Positions 23,568 through 37,691 of a DNA stretch of 64,000 nucleotides are shown piece by piece. A program made the translations under genes and the position numbers. Source of the DNA: Octopus sinensis. Its lineage: Eukaryota. Under the pieces are notes generated by a model. The model was given only the letters and a program-made list of their open reading frames with translations, was not told where the DNA came from and searched no databases. How positions within the stretch are numbered: the stretch's first letter is position 1; every line of letters starts with the position of its first letter. The stretch spans positions 26,226,001 through 26,290,000 of the forward strand of contig NC_043001.1 in assembly GCF_006345805.1 (NCBI RefSeq). The letters run 5' to 3'.

Positions 23568-23831
23568 CTAAAATCAATGGATAATGAATATGTAATTATA
23601 AACAAAAATGCAAAAACAAATTTGAACAGACAGACTAAAGATATATATTTAATGAGGAAAGTTACAGCAATATTAAACAAAGATACGGTGAGTCAACAAG
23701 GAAGCTCCAAATATATTGTTTGACCTGCAAAAAATAGCAATCATCTCCCTAAAAAAAGAAAATAAGAACATATTCCACAATCTGGTCCTAAATACACTAT
23801 CTCTAAAAATAAGAATTTAAAATTGCTAATA

Positions 23832-25089
23832 TCAGGCTGAGTAAAAAGTAACGTTTTGAAACATGAAATTCATCAAAATATATTTCAACAATGCAGAAAT
23901 TTTATTCATCAAAGTAAGTATCATCACATTTTTGTCAATAAGTTATATGTCTGTTTATTCCGGTAACATAAAAATCTGGTGTTCTGGAGCTGAAGAACTC
24001 TTTGAATGCACTTTCAGCATTCGTTTAATTTTTGAACTCCCTCTCACAGGAAACTATCAAGGTGCTTGAAAAAGTGGTAGTCAGTAGGAGAAAGGTCTGG
24101 GGAATAAGCTGGGTAGGAAGAACTTTGTAGCCAAGTTCCCTCAGCTTCTGGAGTGTCATTAGTGAAACGTGTGGTCAAGCATTGTCATGAAGAATGATTG
24201 GCTTTCTTCAGTTGACCAGTCTGGGATGGAGGAGTAACAGTTTTTTGTTCATTTTGGTAATTTCATGGCAATATATTTCTGCAGTAATGGTTTTTGCAGG
24301 TTTTAAGAAGTTATAATGAATAAGTCCAACAGTACACCACCAAACAGTTACCATAATCTTTTTGAAGAGCTCGGGTTTAGGGATGGTTTCAGTGCTTCAT
24401 TTTGGTCCAACCACTGCGAAGAATGTTTTTTATTTTGGTACAGAATCCACTTTTCATCACAAGTTACAAAACGGTCGAGAAATGGATCAGTCTGGTTATG
24501 GAGAAGAAGCAACGAGCAAATTTCATATCTGCACATTTTCTGATTTTCATTCAAATTGTGTGGTACCCATTTGTCAAGCTTTTTTGATTTTCCAATCGCA
24601 TGCAAATGGTTGCAGGCAGTTTTCTGGCTAACTTGAAGTTCTTTGCCAGTTCTTGAGTGGTATTACATGGCTCTTTCTTAATGACGATCTTTAATTGACT
24701 GTCATCGATGTCAGATGGGTGTCCACTACGCTCACAGTCTTCAAGGTTCAGGTCTCCACTGTGAAATCGTTTAAACCATTTTTAAGCTGACCACTCACTG
24801 GTCATTTCCTCACCAAACATTTCATTGATATCACAAGCAGTTCCAGCTGCTTTATGTCCTTTTTTGAAGTTGAATAGCAAAATTGCTTGAATATCGTGCA
24901 TTGACAGTTCCATTTCAGATGATTGCAACAATGATGAAAAAAATATCAATGTTAATTTATTGATGCATTTGAGCAAGTCTGTATTATCAGACAATTGCAA
25001 AAAAGATGTATAAAAAATTCAAAACTCTGCAACAATCCGGTACAAAATCTTCATGGTTCAAAACGTTGCTTATTTTTTATTTATCCTGA
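23832..25089 (-). mobile_element. Full-length but inactivated mariner (D,D34D) transposon
   Basis: TA-flanked TIRs tcaggctgagtaaaaagtaacgttttgaa / ttcaaaacgttgcttattttttatttatcctga; WVPHNL, VTCDEKW, LHDNA motifs; frameshifts and stops; 1258 bp. Confidence 0.92.
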
Positions 25090-26025
25090 TACTATTTGAT
25101 TATAAGAACCCTGCAGTTCAACAAATCCTGTCAGACTCTCCAACCTATGCCAGCATGGAAAACAGGATGTTAGGTGATAATGATGATGATAATGATGGTG
25201 GTGATAGTTGTGGTGGTGAAGACTAAAGATAAGATTTGAGACAACTTATATTATTTGATTATAAGATTGCTTATATCATTTGATTATAACAATGTTAAAA
25301 GCAGCAAACTGGCACAATTGTAAAGCATTGGATAGAATGCCTCACAGTATTTGTTCTGATCTCTGCATTCTAATTTCAAATCCTACCAAAGTCAACTTTG
25401 TTTCTATCTGTCTGAATTCAATAAAAAGACACCAATCCAACCAATCCAAAGCAGTAGGTTGGTAAAACTATCAAAGAGTTGAACAAGATGTTTGCAGCAC
25501 TTGTTCTGGCTCAGTGTGTTCTGAAAGAATTACATGTCATGAAACTGGAACCAAACTATATCAGCTCAAGTTGGTGGCCTTTCTTTTGGATAAATACACA
25601 GGATACATAGAAAAGAGTCACTTGCTTGTTTGGCCAACTGCCAGTCTTTCTCAAAGAATCTTGCCCAGGCTTGTGCTTACATGTGAAAATGCATAATCAG
25701 CCTTGACCAACAGAGGCTACCCCAAGGCTGCTTTATTGAGATTGATCTAGAGCTAAACAATAGCAACAATGATATAATATTCAATAATTTTCTTTATTTA
25801 AAGAAATCAAGATTGAATCATATGATTAATTAAAGTTTCATGACATTTCCATACTACATACATATTTTATGTTAGAATATATATATTTTGAAAAAATAAT
25901 TATATTAAAAATATCACAGTATTAAGTTATCAAATCAATGTAGATATAGTTGTGGTTATACAGTCAACTTAAGCAGAGCAGGCCGTTTTCAAAATACATA
26001 CATTATAAATTAGTTTTACCATATA

Positions 26026-26249
26026 TATTTCTTTACTACCCACATGGGGCTAAACATAGAGGGGACAAACAAGGACAGACAAAGGGATTAAGTCGATTAT
26101 ATCAACCCAGTGCGAAACTGGTACTTTATTTGTCGACCCCGAAAGGATGAAAGGCAAAGTCGACCTCGGCGGAACTCAGAACGTAACAACAGACGAAATA
26201 CTGCTAAACATTTCACTCGACGTGCTAACGTTTCTGCCAGCTCGCCGTC
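26026..26249 (-). mobile_element. SINE family B with 16-bp TSD
   Basis: TSD ttagttttaccatata at 26010-26025 and 26250-26265; gacggcgagctggcagaaacgttagc head on minus strand. Confidence 0.9.
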
Positions 26250-26326
26250 TTAGTTTTACCATATAATTAAATGATATATTATATAGTTAAACAAAACATT
26301 TCTCAGTGATATTACTCATGTTTTAA

Positions 26327-26550
26327 CTCTTTAGCATTCAGATCATTCTGTTAAATGTAATGCTTATCTATTCACATAGTTTTGAATTAATCATGCATTA
26401 TCTTGTTGCTTCAAAAGTTTGATTATGTGATTGTGTATTTTTAGAATGAGAGACAGTAGATCAAATGTGAGAGGTCACATCTGGTCAGTTTGAGCATAAA
26501 ACAGGTAATATATATTTGGGCCAGGTATGACCGGTTTAAATGCTAAACGG
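26327..26550. mobile_element. piggyBac-type MITE, intact
   Basis: TTAA at 26323-26326 and 26551-26554; short TIRs ctctttagcatt / aatgctaaacgg. Confidence 0.8.
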
Positions 26551-27761
26551 TTAAAATATATTTTTTTAAAATTTACAACAGAAAGTAAGTCGTTCTCAAA
26601 TTATTCATCAAATAAAGGAGAAAAAATCCCAAGCAAGCCATATTATAAAACGTAATATCGCAAAAGAAATTTCTTCTTAAAACAGATGTTACATCAACCT
26701 AAAAATATATATAATACAGACTCATCTTTTATTATTTTAACAGTGTTTGTCTTAAGCTAACCCTTTATTTATAAAGAGGTGCAGAAAGAACGAGAGGGAA
26801 AGAGAAATCCTTTTATAGAATTTGTATACCCAACTCAGTCAACATATCATTGGTTCATTATTTTAAGAGGTCTTATGACAGCTGTTCAAGAATCATAAGG
26901 TAACAGAATGTTGCAAATGCTGCTGATTCCACTGTACTTCTTCAGAATATTTAAGAGCAACTCCACAAATAATACTCTGCTTTATTGCTGTAAAGCATTG
27001 TATATGGATTTAAAAAATATATAGATAATTTAGTTATTCAAAAAATAAAGTTGGTGATTTTAGTACAGTTTTGCAGAATTATTGAAAACACAGAGAAGTG
27101 ACCATGTGATTATGCATACACATGTACAAAATAATAATGATATGATGATGATGATGATGGTGTGTGGTGGTGGTTTCAAATTTTGGCACAAGGCCAGCAA
27201 TTTTAAGAGGAGAGTGAAATCAGTTACATGGACCCCAATATTCATCTGGTACTTATTTTAACAACCCTGAAAGGAAGAAAGGCAAAGTTGACCTTGATGT
27301 AATTTGAACTCAGAACATGAATCAGAAGAAATAATGCAAAGTATTTTTTTTTGTCTGGTGCTGTAATGATTCTGCCACCATCATTTTAATAAGACTACTA
27401 CTACTAGTAATAATAATAAACTTTTACAACTTATATTATGTTCTGTATGCAGTCTGTTATGAAATTATTAGTATTTATAATTGTTGCAAAACTATTTCTC
27501 TAATTACCAAGCAAATAATCATTTGATTGCTCACTTCCAATTTCCTTCAATTATTTGTGTTTTATACAATTATTAATTAGCTACATTTTTCGATTCTTTT
27601 CCAATTTCATTTTAAATGAAATTTAAGAATATCAGTAAGTATTATACTCTCAAATTTTGAATGAAATTTCAGAATAAAGCAATGCAAAGAAGTGACAATT
27701 TGGAAAGAATGCAAGGAAAAAAGCTATTTCCTTGGATCAAGTTTTTCACCAGCAGAAAACT

Positions 27762-27995
27762 AAGGTGGCGAGCTGGCAGAAGCGTTAGCGCGCCGGCCAA
27801 AATGCTTAGCGGTATTTCGTCTGCCGTTATGTTCTGAGTTCAAATTCCGCTGAGGTCGACTTTGCCTTTCATCCTTTTGGGGTCAATAAATTAAGTACCA
27901 GTTACGCACTGGGGTCGATGTAATCGACTTAATCTCTTTGTCTGTCCTTGTTTGTCCCCTCTATGTTTAGCCCCTTGTGGGCAATAAAGAAATAA
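27762..27995 (+). mobile_element. SINE family B
   Basis: ggtggcgagctggcagaagcgttagc to ccccttgtgggcaataaagaaata. Confidence 0.9.
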
Positions 27996-28880
27996 GTAAA
28001 ATTTCTTTGAAGGATAGGAAACAAAGAGGAACTGTAAAAATGATGCCTCAAAATGTCTCTTATAATTTGAAATAGCAGCTATGATGATCAAATTTAATTT
28101 TGTTGAAAACAAATCAGAATACTTTAAATGATAACAGGTTACAACACTGATTTAAAAAAATTTAGTGATCTCGGAAACAAAAGGAGAAATGGAACACCCA
28201 GAACATAACACATATAGAGAAGTCTCAAAATTATGCAAATAAAGAAATCAAATCACTATCTGTTGTTTCTTTATCAGTGTAAAATAATGTACAAATATTT
28301 TGTGTTTTAATATCAAATTATAAGTAAAACTGTCAACGAGTTTTAAGAGATACAAAATGAATTTGCTTTTTTTAACTGGGAGTTGATAAACATTGAATCA
28401 TACACATAATGATATATCCAGTTACCAGTACACTGTCCAATAAAAATTTTGGTCTTCATCTATATACTTTTGATATCATCACCATCATCATTTAATGTTC
28501 ATATTCCATATTAATTTTTATGTTACATTTTGTGAATAATAGCGCTGTTAGCTACAGGTTTCTAATGGACCAAACACCAGCACACTGCATTTATACTGGC
28601 AGGAGTGACGTGGAAACTCAGGTGCAACAAATATTATAACTGACTCCATTCAAAAGCACTGGCTTATCAGTCCTTTCACCTGTGTTTACATCTTTCATCA
28701 ATATACATTACTGAAATACACACACACACACACACACATATAACAGGTTCCATACTGTTTCTGTCAACTAACATCCTAAGGCTATGTTAGAAGAGAATTG
28801 GGATCAAACCTGAATTATATAGCTCCAAAACAAACGTTTCTTGACCACACAACCATGCTTGGGCATTTTAATATGATAAT

Positions 28881-29096
28881 CCTTTCTACTAAAGGCACAG
28901 GACCTGAAATTTTGGAGGAGGGGACTAGTCGATTATATCAACCCCGGCATTTCACTGATACTTAATTTATCGACCCCCCAAAAGGATGAAAGGCAAAGTC
29001 AACCTCGGCGGAATTTGAACCCAGAACATAGCAACAGCTGAAATACCACTAAACATTTCATCCAGCATGCTAACAATTCTACCAGCTTGCCACCTT
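28881..29096 (-). mobile_element. SINE family B variant with 17-bp TSD
   Basis: TSD cattttaatatgataat at 28864-28880 and 29097-29113. Confidence 0.85.
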
Positions 29097-29265
29097 CATT
29101 TTAATATGATAATATAGTAGAGATGATGGCTACTAACTATGAAACTAAACAGTATGACAGAAAACTTAAGGAATGTCAATAGAAACAATGTACAGAGCAA
29201 CTTCTTAAATATCTTAGTGCATGACAGATGTCATATATTACTGAAAAACCAACAGAAAAGACTCC

Positions 29266-29311
29266 ATTATAGAGAATAATAGCTAAAGAATTATAGAGAA
29301 TAATAGCTAAA
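29266..29311. repeat. 22-bp direct duplication, 24-bp period
   Basis: attatagagaataatagctaaa at 29266 and 29290. Confidence 0.8.
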
Positions 29312-29673
29312 AAGGAATTACTACATTATCTGTTCTAATACACACACATACAAGTACAAAACAAAGGTGGAGAAAATAGTACTTGAATACTAACTGTAGG
29401 GTAAAATGCTATTTTATTAAAGCTGAAAAAAATTCACAAACAGCCACTCAGAGTTTCACATAACCATTCACCAGACAGTCAAGATTATTCAGAATACTAT
29501 TCATGACTGTCAAACAAATGGTTATGTGAAACTCTGAGTAACAGCTTATGAAAAGTTTTTTACCTTTGATAAAATTATAAATATGTATATGAAATTTAAA
29601 AAGTAACTAAAAATTGCATTTCAGTATATATTGAATGCTGAGTTAATCTGTAAGGTCAGTCTGTTTTACTTAC

Positions 29674-29801
29674 CCATTATCCCAAATACAGTAAAGCTGT
29701 TTTTCATTTAGTTTTTTCTGCACCCCGTTAGGAAGTCGTGCTACCTCTTCCAATTCATCAAAGGTAGGTGCAATGAAAACATCTCGAAATGTGACTTTTT
29801 C
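29674..29801 (-). CDS. Exon 3: EKVTFRDVFIAPTFDELEEVARLPNGVQKKLNEKQLYCIWDN(G)
   Basis: ttttaag|GAA, GG|gtaagt, 128 nt, phase 0-2; within ORF-track 29670..29864. Confidence 0.9.
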
Positions 29802-30773
29802 CTTAAAAGACAGAAAACAACAAATAAAATTCACCAAAAACACAAAAGTTAAAGAGGAACACAACTAAAAGGCATACATTTATTAAGGCTGTTTCATGAC
29901 AAATTGTAAGACAGTGCTGGGGCAATGCCATCAGAAACAAGTACAATTTCTTTTGCTGAAGGTCCCTTTCAACTCTATGCAGAGTTTAAAACTCTACACA
30001 TAATGCACACCCTTGCATTCAAATGCATAAAAACTCTTCTTTTCACAAGTTGCATCAGCTGCACTAACATATTTTAGATTAAAGACCATAAGGAAATGAA
30101 AACAAAGAATAAAAATCATGGGGAGAGCAAAATATTATAGCCATGGATGAAATAAATTTGTTCAGTATTATAAAGAAAGACATGCAAGACAAATTAAAAT
30201 AATTAGTAAATGCAAAAAATATTATTTTCATAATTTTAATATCATTAAAAAAAAAATACGATGTAAAATGAGAATTCAACGAATATATTTCTTTAAATCT
30301 TTTTTCATGTCACACCATCCTCCTGAAGTCACTAGCAATGTTTCCTCAACTGTTTGCTGTGGGTGTGCATTGAAATTTGCACCGTGTGCAATTTTGTGCT
30401 TGTTTGCAAAATATATATGCATCTATGGGAGTAACCATTGCTCAAATTTCTTCAATTAAAAGAAATCTGATTTCATTTTGAAAACCTTGTGTGTGCACAT
30501 TCTTTCTTTTTCTTAGCCATGAAAGTTGTGCGTGAAAGCTTAGGCGCACAGCTTAGAGAGAACACTGGTTACCAAGTGTCTTATTCCTGGAATGGTGAGC
30601 AGAAACTTCCTATGGGGCAAGTGGATAGCAGGAGAAATCTTCAGAGGAAGAAATTCTGTCAAACAAGTGTATGATGTCTCAGCTTGGATCTGAACTAGGA
30701 ACCATTACAAAGAAAAATGTTTCATAGGTAACGCAACAGAATTAGATGTTGAAATCAAATGGTCAGCGAAACA

Positions 30774-30774
<1 letters not shown>

Positions 30775-30806
<32 letters not shown>
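30775..30806. repeat. (AC)n microsatellite
   Basis: direct read. Confidence 0.95.
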
Positions 30807-30808
<2 letters not shown>

Positions 30809-31934
30809 GTGATAAGGGAGAGAGCTGGAGATAGATAGAGAAAATCAAAAAAAGAATTGTGATCAGCTCAGTGCAAATGCTAAGGACAGGTGGTAAGCAA
30901 GAAAAAAAAAACAAGTGGAACAACTAAATATTTTACCATAAACTAAAATGCAATGATAAAAATAAATGGAAAAATATGAAGATCATAATTTTCCAGATTA
31001 CTAACCTAATATTTAGAGTGTATATTTATACTAACATATTGTACAAAAATACCAGTGGCTTTCTTGGTAAAACTCGAGTTAAAAAATAATGAGATGCATT
31101 TCAAATCCAGTCTGAGGCATATCCAGGAATAAGACACTTAGTGTCTATCAGAGAATGAACCAAGTAAAACAGCACAGAAACAGTCATTTTATTTTTTTGC
31201 TTTTTTCAGACACTGGACTTGAATGGCTTAGTCAATCAAATGATCTCAGTACTTCTTTTAAGTTTGATACTGTTTCTCTATCAGTTTCTTATTTTTAAAC
31301 TGCTAAGTTACAATGACACAAAAAGAAAACACGATGTCTATAAAATGGTGAGAGGCAAATGCAAAGGCACACACACACACACACACACAATGGGTTTCCA
31401 CACAATTCCAACTATCAAATTCTCTCACAGACAATGGTGAGCCTGGAGGCTTATAGAAAACATTTGCCCAAGATGCTATGTAGTGGGCCTGAACCCAATG
31501 CCATATAGTTGCAAAGCAAACTTCTTAACCATATGACCGTGCATGGACCAATTGTAAATATATTGTAAACATATACTTTAAAGTTGAGATCAATAGTCTA
31601 GAAAATTATCATCTTTATAAGACTAACTCTTAGCAGTCATCTGAACATTTCATATGAAAATTTCTTACAAAAAAAATATTTTTCTAAAGATGGATATAAA
31701 ATGCAGGAAACAATTCAATGTGTAAAAGGATCTAATAATTAAATACAAATGAAAGATAAATTAGCCTAAAGTCCCACTTTGTTGACTCTTTTCTAAAAAT
31801 GATTGTCATTTTTATTTTTGATCAACATTTAAATGTTACCGGAATTTTCAGCAGTTTCATACCAAACTATAAAAATTTAAACTATGCCTTTTGTTCATGA
31901 CTACATAAATTAGCAGAGTTTCTCTTATCATCAT

Positions 31935-32310
31935 CATCATTATCATCATTGTTTAACATCCGCTTTCTATGCTAGCATGGGTTGGATGGTTCGACCGGGG
32001 TCTGGGAAGCCAGGAGGCTGCGCCAGGCCCAGTCTGATCTGGCAGTGTTTCTACAGCTGGATGCCTTTCCTAACGCCAACCACTCCATGAGTGTAGTGGG
32101 TGCTTTTTACGTGCCACCGGCACAGGTACCAGGCGAGGCAGCGCTGGCAACGGCCACGTTCAGATGGTTCTTTTATGTGCCATCGGCACTGGTATCACAA
32201 TTACAGTTTCCGTTGATTTTTGATTGACTTCCATTTCACTTGCCTCAACAGGTCTTCGCAAGCAGAGTTTTGTGTCCCAAGAAGGAAAGGTATGCATAAG
32301 TGGACTGGCT
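31935..32310 (-). mobile_element. Family C retroposon
   Basis: (CAT)n start and family C body. Confidence 0.8.
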
Positions 32311-32530
32311 AGATAAATAAAATTCTCATGTATTTCTCTTAGATATTTTTCTCAATGATTAACCTGATATCTAAAGACTCACTTGGACTTTGCCTTCATA
32401 CAATGTATGTAGGGCATGTCAGTTTTCTGGAGCCAGTCTTATCTAAATTGTGTTCAGAGGAGTTGAATTCAATACCTCAAACAAATAAAACACTTGTCAA
32501 TTTTATAACTTATAGTGGTGAGTTGTTTAA

Positions 32531-33149
32531 CCCTTCAGTATTTAAACCAGCTATATCTGGCCCGAATATTCTTCCTGTTTTGTGTTCAAACTGGCCACAT
32601 CCAGCCTCTCACACCTACCCGACACAATGTCATTCAAGGCATAATGGAAATTGTAGCTGAGATACCAGTGCCAGTGGCATGTAAGAGAACCGTCCGAACG
32701 TGGCCATTGCCAGCACCGCCCCAACTGGCCTCCGTGCCGGTGGCACGAAAAAGCACCACCCGACTGTGGCCGTTGCCAGCCTCGTCTGGCCCCTGTGCCG
32801 GTGGCACGTAAAAAGCACCATCCGATTGTGGTCGTTTGCCAGCCTCGTCTGGCACCTGTGCAGGTGGCACATAAAAAGCACCCACTACACTCTCGGAGTG
32901 GTTGGCGTTAGGAAGGGCATCCAGCTGTAGAAACACTGCCAGAACAGACTGGGCCTGGCACAGCCTCCTGGCTTCCCAGACCCCAGTTGAACCGTCCAAC
33001 CCATGCTAGCATGGAAAACGGACGTTAAACGATGATGATGATGATGATGATCACCAAAATCTTAAAGCCATGAGATAATGCTTGATTAATTAAAAACAAT
33101 GTGAATCAATAAGCATAACATTTAACAGAATAATCTGAATGCTAAAGAG
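32531..33149. mobile_element. piggyBac-type MITE with nested family C retroposon (about 32650-33052, + strand)
   Basis: TTAA at 32527-32530 and 33150-33153; MITE halves flank the GC-rich insert that ends in (GAT)n. Confidence 0.8.
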
Positions 33150-33667
33150 TTAACCAATATTTTAGCACCCTAACCACACTTTCTTTATCTTCTCTGTATA
33201 AAAATATACAGAATTATAAAGTGCAGGCATAGTTGTGTGGATAAAAAAATTTGCTTTAGAACCACATGATTTTAGGTTTAGTCCTTCTGCAATGGCATCT
33301 TGAGTAATTCATTTCTGCTACAGCCCAGGCCTGCTAATGCCTTATGAGTGAATTTCATTGATGGAAACTGTAAGATACTGTAAGAATTTACTCATCTCTC
33401 TAGATCAAGCCATGAAGTTATGTTACTATAAGTATTCTGTAAAGGGAAGCTTATATCATCAATATTATTTTACAGTTCACTTTCTTGCATGAGGTGAAAC
33501 AGTTTAATGCATATTTTTTAGGGCTGAATGAATTTACTGTTACCAACTCCAACCTGTTTCCAAACAATGTAATATTTCCCTTGGTCCATCTAATGATATG
33601 TTTTCACTGCATACACAACGCCATTTTCCAAACAAAAATGGCGTGCATGTGTGTGCACTTGCAAGTG

Positions 33668-33668
33668 T

Positions 33669-33716
<48 letters not shown>
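33668..33716. repeat. (GT)n microsatellite
   Basis: direct read. Confidence 0.95.
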
Positions 33717-33720
<4 letters not shown>

Positions 33721-34824
33721 TCTTGTTTTGACATTTGTACACTGCTGGTAAACAAAGTCATCAGTTACACAAAACATTATCATTTGTCAGTAATCTTCTG
33801 TGAAAACATGTCTGATCATCAAGTCCTTCATGTCTGAAAGACAGCAGGGAATATTACCGTTCTTGTAAACTAGTAAGGGTTAACACAGTGCACATCCAAC
33901 CAGAGAAAAACATGCCTCTATAAATTTTGTCTGACCAATGCAAGCATGGAAAAGTAGAAGTTAAAACGATGACAACTATGACAATAAAAGCTTTTCTTTA
34001 CAGAAATGTTTATAGCAACATAACTTCATAACTTAACCTAGAGCTATGAGTAAATATATGAACACAGTTTGCTCTTTGGCAAACAGAAAAGGCTTTGAAG
34101 CAATCATGCCATATTCAGTTAATGCAACAAATACAATGAAACCATTTGCAAGTCATTCAATAATAACACAAATAGGCATAAAAAATGAGAGCTTGAAAAT
34201 ATCACTATCATCACAGAAGTCAGGAATCTGAGTCAGCTATCCAATAAACACCGAATTCAATATGGTATATTGGAATGGACCAACTGAAATAACTTCAGAT
34301 TGATCAGCATGCTAATGTAACCATTTATTATTATACTTATGAAAACAGTTTGTACAGCTATATAACAATACTAGCTTAAACAAATTAAACAGAGTTCTGA
34401 AAACAAACATCAGAGAACTACTAGGTTAATTAATTGATAAGCATTATTCATAATTCAGCAGGTTCTTCAGTAGAAAACAAAGACAAGAATTTTGCTTTAG
34501 TGACATTATCACAATAATATTAATGACTGTAAAACACAAGAAATTATTACACTGGCCCAAGAAATCTAAGACAAATATAAGTATATTTGAGTAACTTTTA
34601 ATCTCTTTTCTACTTTAGAGGTTTCATGTATTAAGAAAATTGTTGAAATATGTATTTTGTCGAAGATTGTTCTTATGAGATTGGATAAGCAAATAATCTC
34701 CCCACCCTCTCTCTCTCCTTCTTTGTGTATGTGTGTATATACATGTACATATGTATGTATACATGTATATATGCATTTAAGTATGTATGTTTGCATGAAT
34801 GAATGAGTGAACAAATGAAAGGGA

Positions 34825-35320
34825 ACAGTCATTTGACTGTGGCCATGCTGAAGCACCACCTTTAGTTGAGCAAATTGACCCCAGGACTTATTCTTTGTAA
34901 ACCTAGAACTTATCCTATCAGTCTCTTTTGCCGAACGACTAAGTTACGGGTACATAAACACACCAGCATCAGTTGTCAAGCATTCATATGATGGGCTTAT
35001 TTCACTTTCCGTCTACCAAACCTACTCACAAGGCTTTGGTCGGCCTGAGGCTATAGTAGAAGACACTTGCCCAAGGTGCCACGCAGTGGGACTGAACCCG
35101 GAACCATGTGGTTGGTAAGTAAGCTACTTACCACACAGCCACTATTTGACAACCAATGTTGGTTTGTTTACAGCCCCATAAAGTAGTGGCTTGACAAAAA
35201 GAGACTGATAGAATAAGTATCACATTTTAAAAAGAAAACATAAGTTGATTTGTTCAACTGAACCCTTCAAGGCAGTGCCCCAGTATGGCCACACTCCAAT
35301 GACTGAAACAAGTCAGAGAT
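34825..35320. mobile_element. Family A SINE (minus, 34825-35140) adjacent to a partial plus-strand body (35145-35320)
   Basis: family A head and body sequences in opposite orientations. Confidence 0.75.
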
Positions 35321-35677
35321 AAAAGGAAGAATTGATTTATTCAGCTCTCCATCGTAACTTAGCTACTGGTCTACCTCTTCAGTAACACTATCTTCAGTGT
35401 TTGTTGTTTTCAAAACCTATATATTCAGTCCTTTATTCTAAGGACTTCTAACTTTCACCTTTCTCACATGCTCCAGGAATAACTAACCTTCAAACTTTCA
35501 AATTATGTAGTAATCATATCTATTTAAGCCATTCTTTCTATGTTTCTTATGCAAGAGAAGAGAGCCCCAGGTGTTATCTGCTACATCATTCTTCTACAGT
35601 CATAATGATAACAAAAATTGCAACAATTATAGCTAGTTCTGCTGATATACGAATGTAAAACAAGACATTTATCTTAC

Positions 35678-35797
35678 AGGCTGTTCCTTGTTAGCGTCTC
35701 CATTGGCAGCATTTGTTTGTTCTGCATCATTGTCTGTGATAGAGGCAGGAAGAACAATTGGGAATTCTCGCCAATGAAATAACATCTTCTCTGCAAG
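35678..35797 (-). CDS. Exon 2: LAEKMLFHWREFPIVLPASITDNDAEQTNAANGDANKEQP
   Basis: pyrimidine tract + tttag|CTT, CCT|gtaaga, 120 nt, phase 0-0, open. Confidence 0.88.
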
Positions 35798-36041
35798 CTA
35801 AATTGTAGAAAGACAAAACAATGAAAGTAAAAGAAAATATAGAGGGCTGTTTTTCTTTGTAACAAAGAGATATTTATAAATATTTTTTTTTTCAAATATT
35901 ATTACTTCTAGCTAGAACATGCTGTGTTGAGTATTGCTTGAAGACAATACCTTTCTAATCAATTTAGCTTAGTATATAACTAGTTGCCTATTTTGCATTA
36001 ATCTCATGTTGTTTTTTAACCCTGGGTTAACTCTTATCAAG

Positions 36042-36093
36042 CAGATGCATTTCAGCTGCAATCATCCCAGATGCATTTCAGCTGCAATCATCC
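36042..36093. repeat. Exact 26-bp tandem duplication
   Basis: cagatgcatttcagctgcaatcatcc twice. Confidence 0.9.
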
Positions 36094-37691
36094 CATCATT
36101 TTGCTTTTATAGATATAATGTATCTAAAATTGTATTCTTCCTTTTTCTTTTATTTTTAAGATGGTAGAAAGTGATGAGGCACAGTGACATAGCTTGTTAT
36201 TTCTAGCAAACAGAAAATCTACCCCTGAGCACATGTTTCAAAATTGGCACCTTTTCAACAATTTTTTGTACAATAACAGTCAAATCTTTTTTCTATGTTT
36301 GTTCTTTTTTTTTTTTTTTTTGTTAATCACATTGAAGAACTTTCTGGTGTCATTGCTTTATTTGACCAGCTTCCCATGTTTTTGAACTGTCTGCTCAATC
36401 TTCTGTGATGTGTTGGTGACCGCTGACATCTGAAGAACCAAAATAAACCCTGATGTCGTAACCTCTTAACACTGGACAATCCCATGGAGTTTCATCTTAT
36501 TCATGTCACACCTATATCAGTAGTTGTAATACAATTATGTATACCATAACTAATGAAATATATCATTTGATATAAGAGAAATTAGTTTGATATTGTTTGA
36601 TATGTGTCACAGCACCCTTTTTTTAATATATATATATATATATATTTGCTCCCCATAACTTTAGAATGTGGCTATGCTACTGCTTCCAAGATAGATCAGA
36701 TGGCTACTTTTTACTTTTACATTCCATTTGAAATAATAAAAATAATTTGAAAATTTTCAATATAAAAATCTAAATTAAGAGCTTTTCCAAATTGAACCTA
36801 ATTAGGTTTAATATTCCCATTTTAAATTATAATAATATATAATGAACTTGTTGTATACAGTGCTCAGGTGCACAACAATTTAATATTAAAATGCCATTTT
36901 TTAGCACATTACATGGTGTGTGCAATAATAGTTTTTCTCTTCTTTTCTTGTGATTAGCTTAGATTTTAGTAAGAAATTATTAATTCTGTTCTTAATCAAT
37001 ACCAGAGATAGTTTGTGAGATTGGATAAGTTTGCATGCCAAGAGGAGAAAGTGAATTTAATGTTTCTGGTCTATCAAAACCATCAGACTTCTTTTTTTAT
37101 CTCCACTAAACTGATTTAATCCACCACAAGGTTCAGTTCTTGTGATGTAGTAGCTTGTGTGCCTCAATGACCCTGAGATCTATGCTAGCAGAGCATAAGC
37201 TCCAAGTAGGTCAAAGAATAGAGGCCAAACAAATATGGACTACCTCTTCACTAAAGTAAAACCGGGTTTGTGTAGGGCCAGCAGCTCTACCTAGAAAAGG
37301 AGCAAATTTACAGATGCCAACAAGACATGGGAGGGAAAAAGACAGCCCAGAGTCAAGAAAAGTTGACAATGGCCTATTTTCTGCAGGGAGCAAAGGGAAT
37401 AATTTTAAAAAATGCTGATTTATACAAACTAGTTTAGATTTAAATAGTTTAGATTCTAAAAGAAAAATCAGTGAAAAACTTTATTGAATCAATTATTGCT
37501 GTGTCCTATTAAACTATGATCTATTAAAGCAGTGTTATTGAACAAAGAAAAGAAGAAGCATTGATAAAAATATTTCTTTTAAATTGCTTTAAAGCTCAGA
37601 AATAATTCAAAACAGTCAAATTATAAATTATGAAGTCATAATTTACTCTGCACATTGTATTTATACAAAATATAAAAGTTATTTTACGTAC

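Noticed and set aside
30240-30600. Possible DNA transposon remnant ending gcgcacagcttagagagaacactg
   Set aside because: No partner TIR or recognisable transposase motif found
32690-32890. CRISPR-like repeat-spacer look
   Set aside because: Eukaryotic context, spacers resemble each other, no cas genes; it is the internal VNTR of a retroposon
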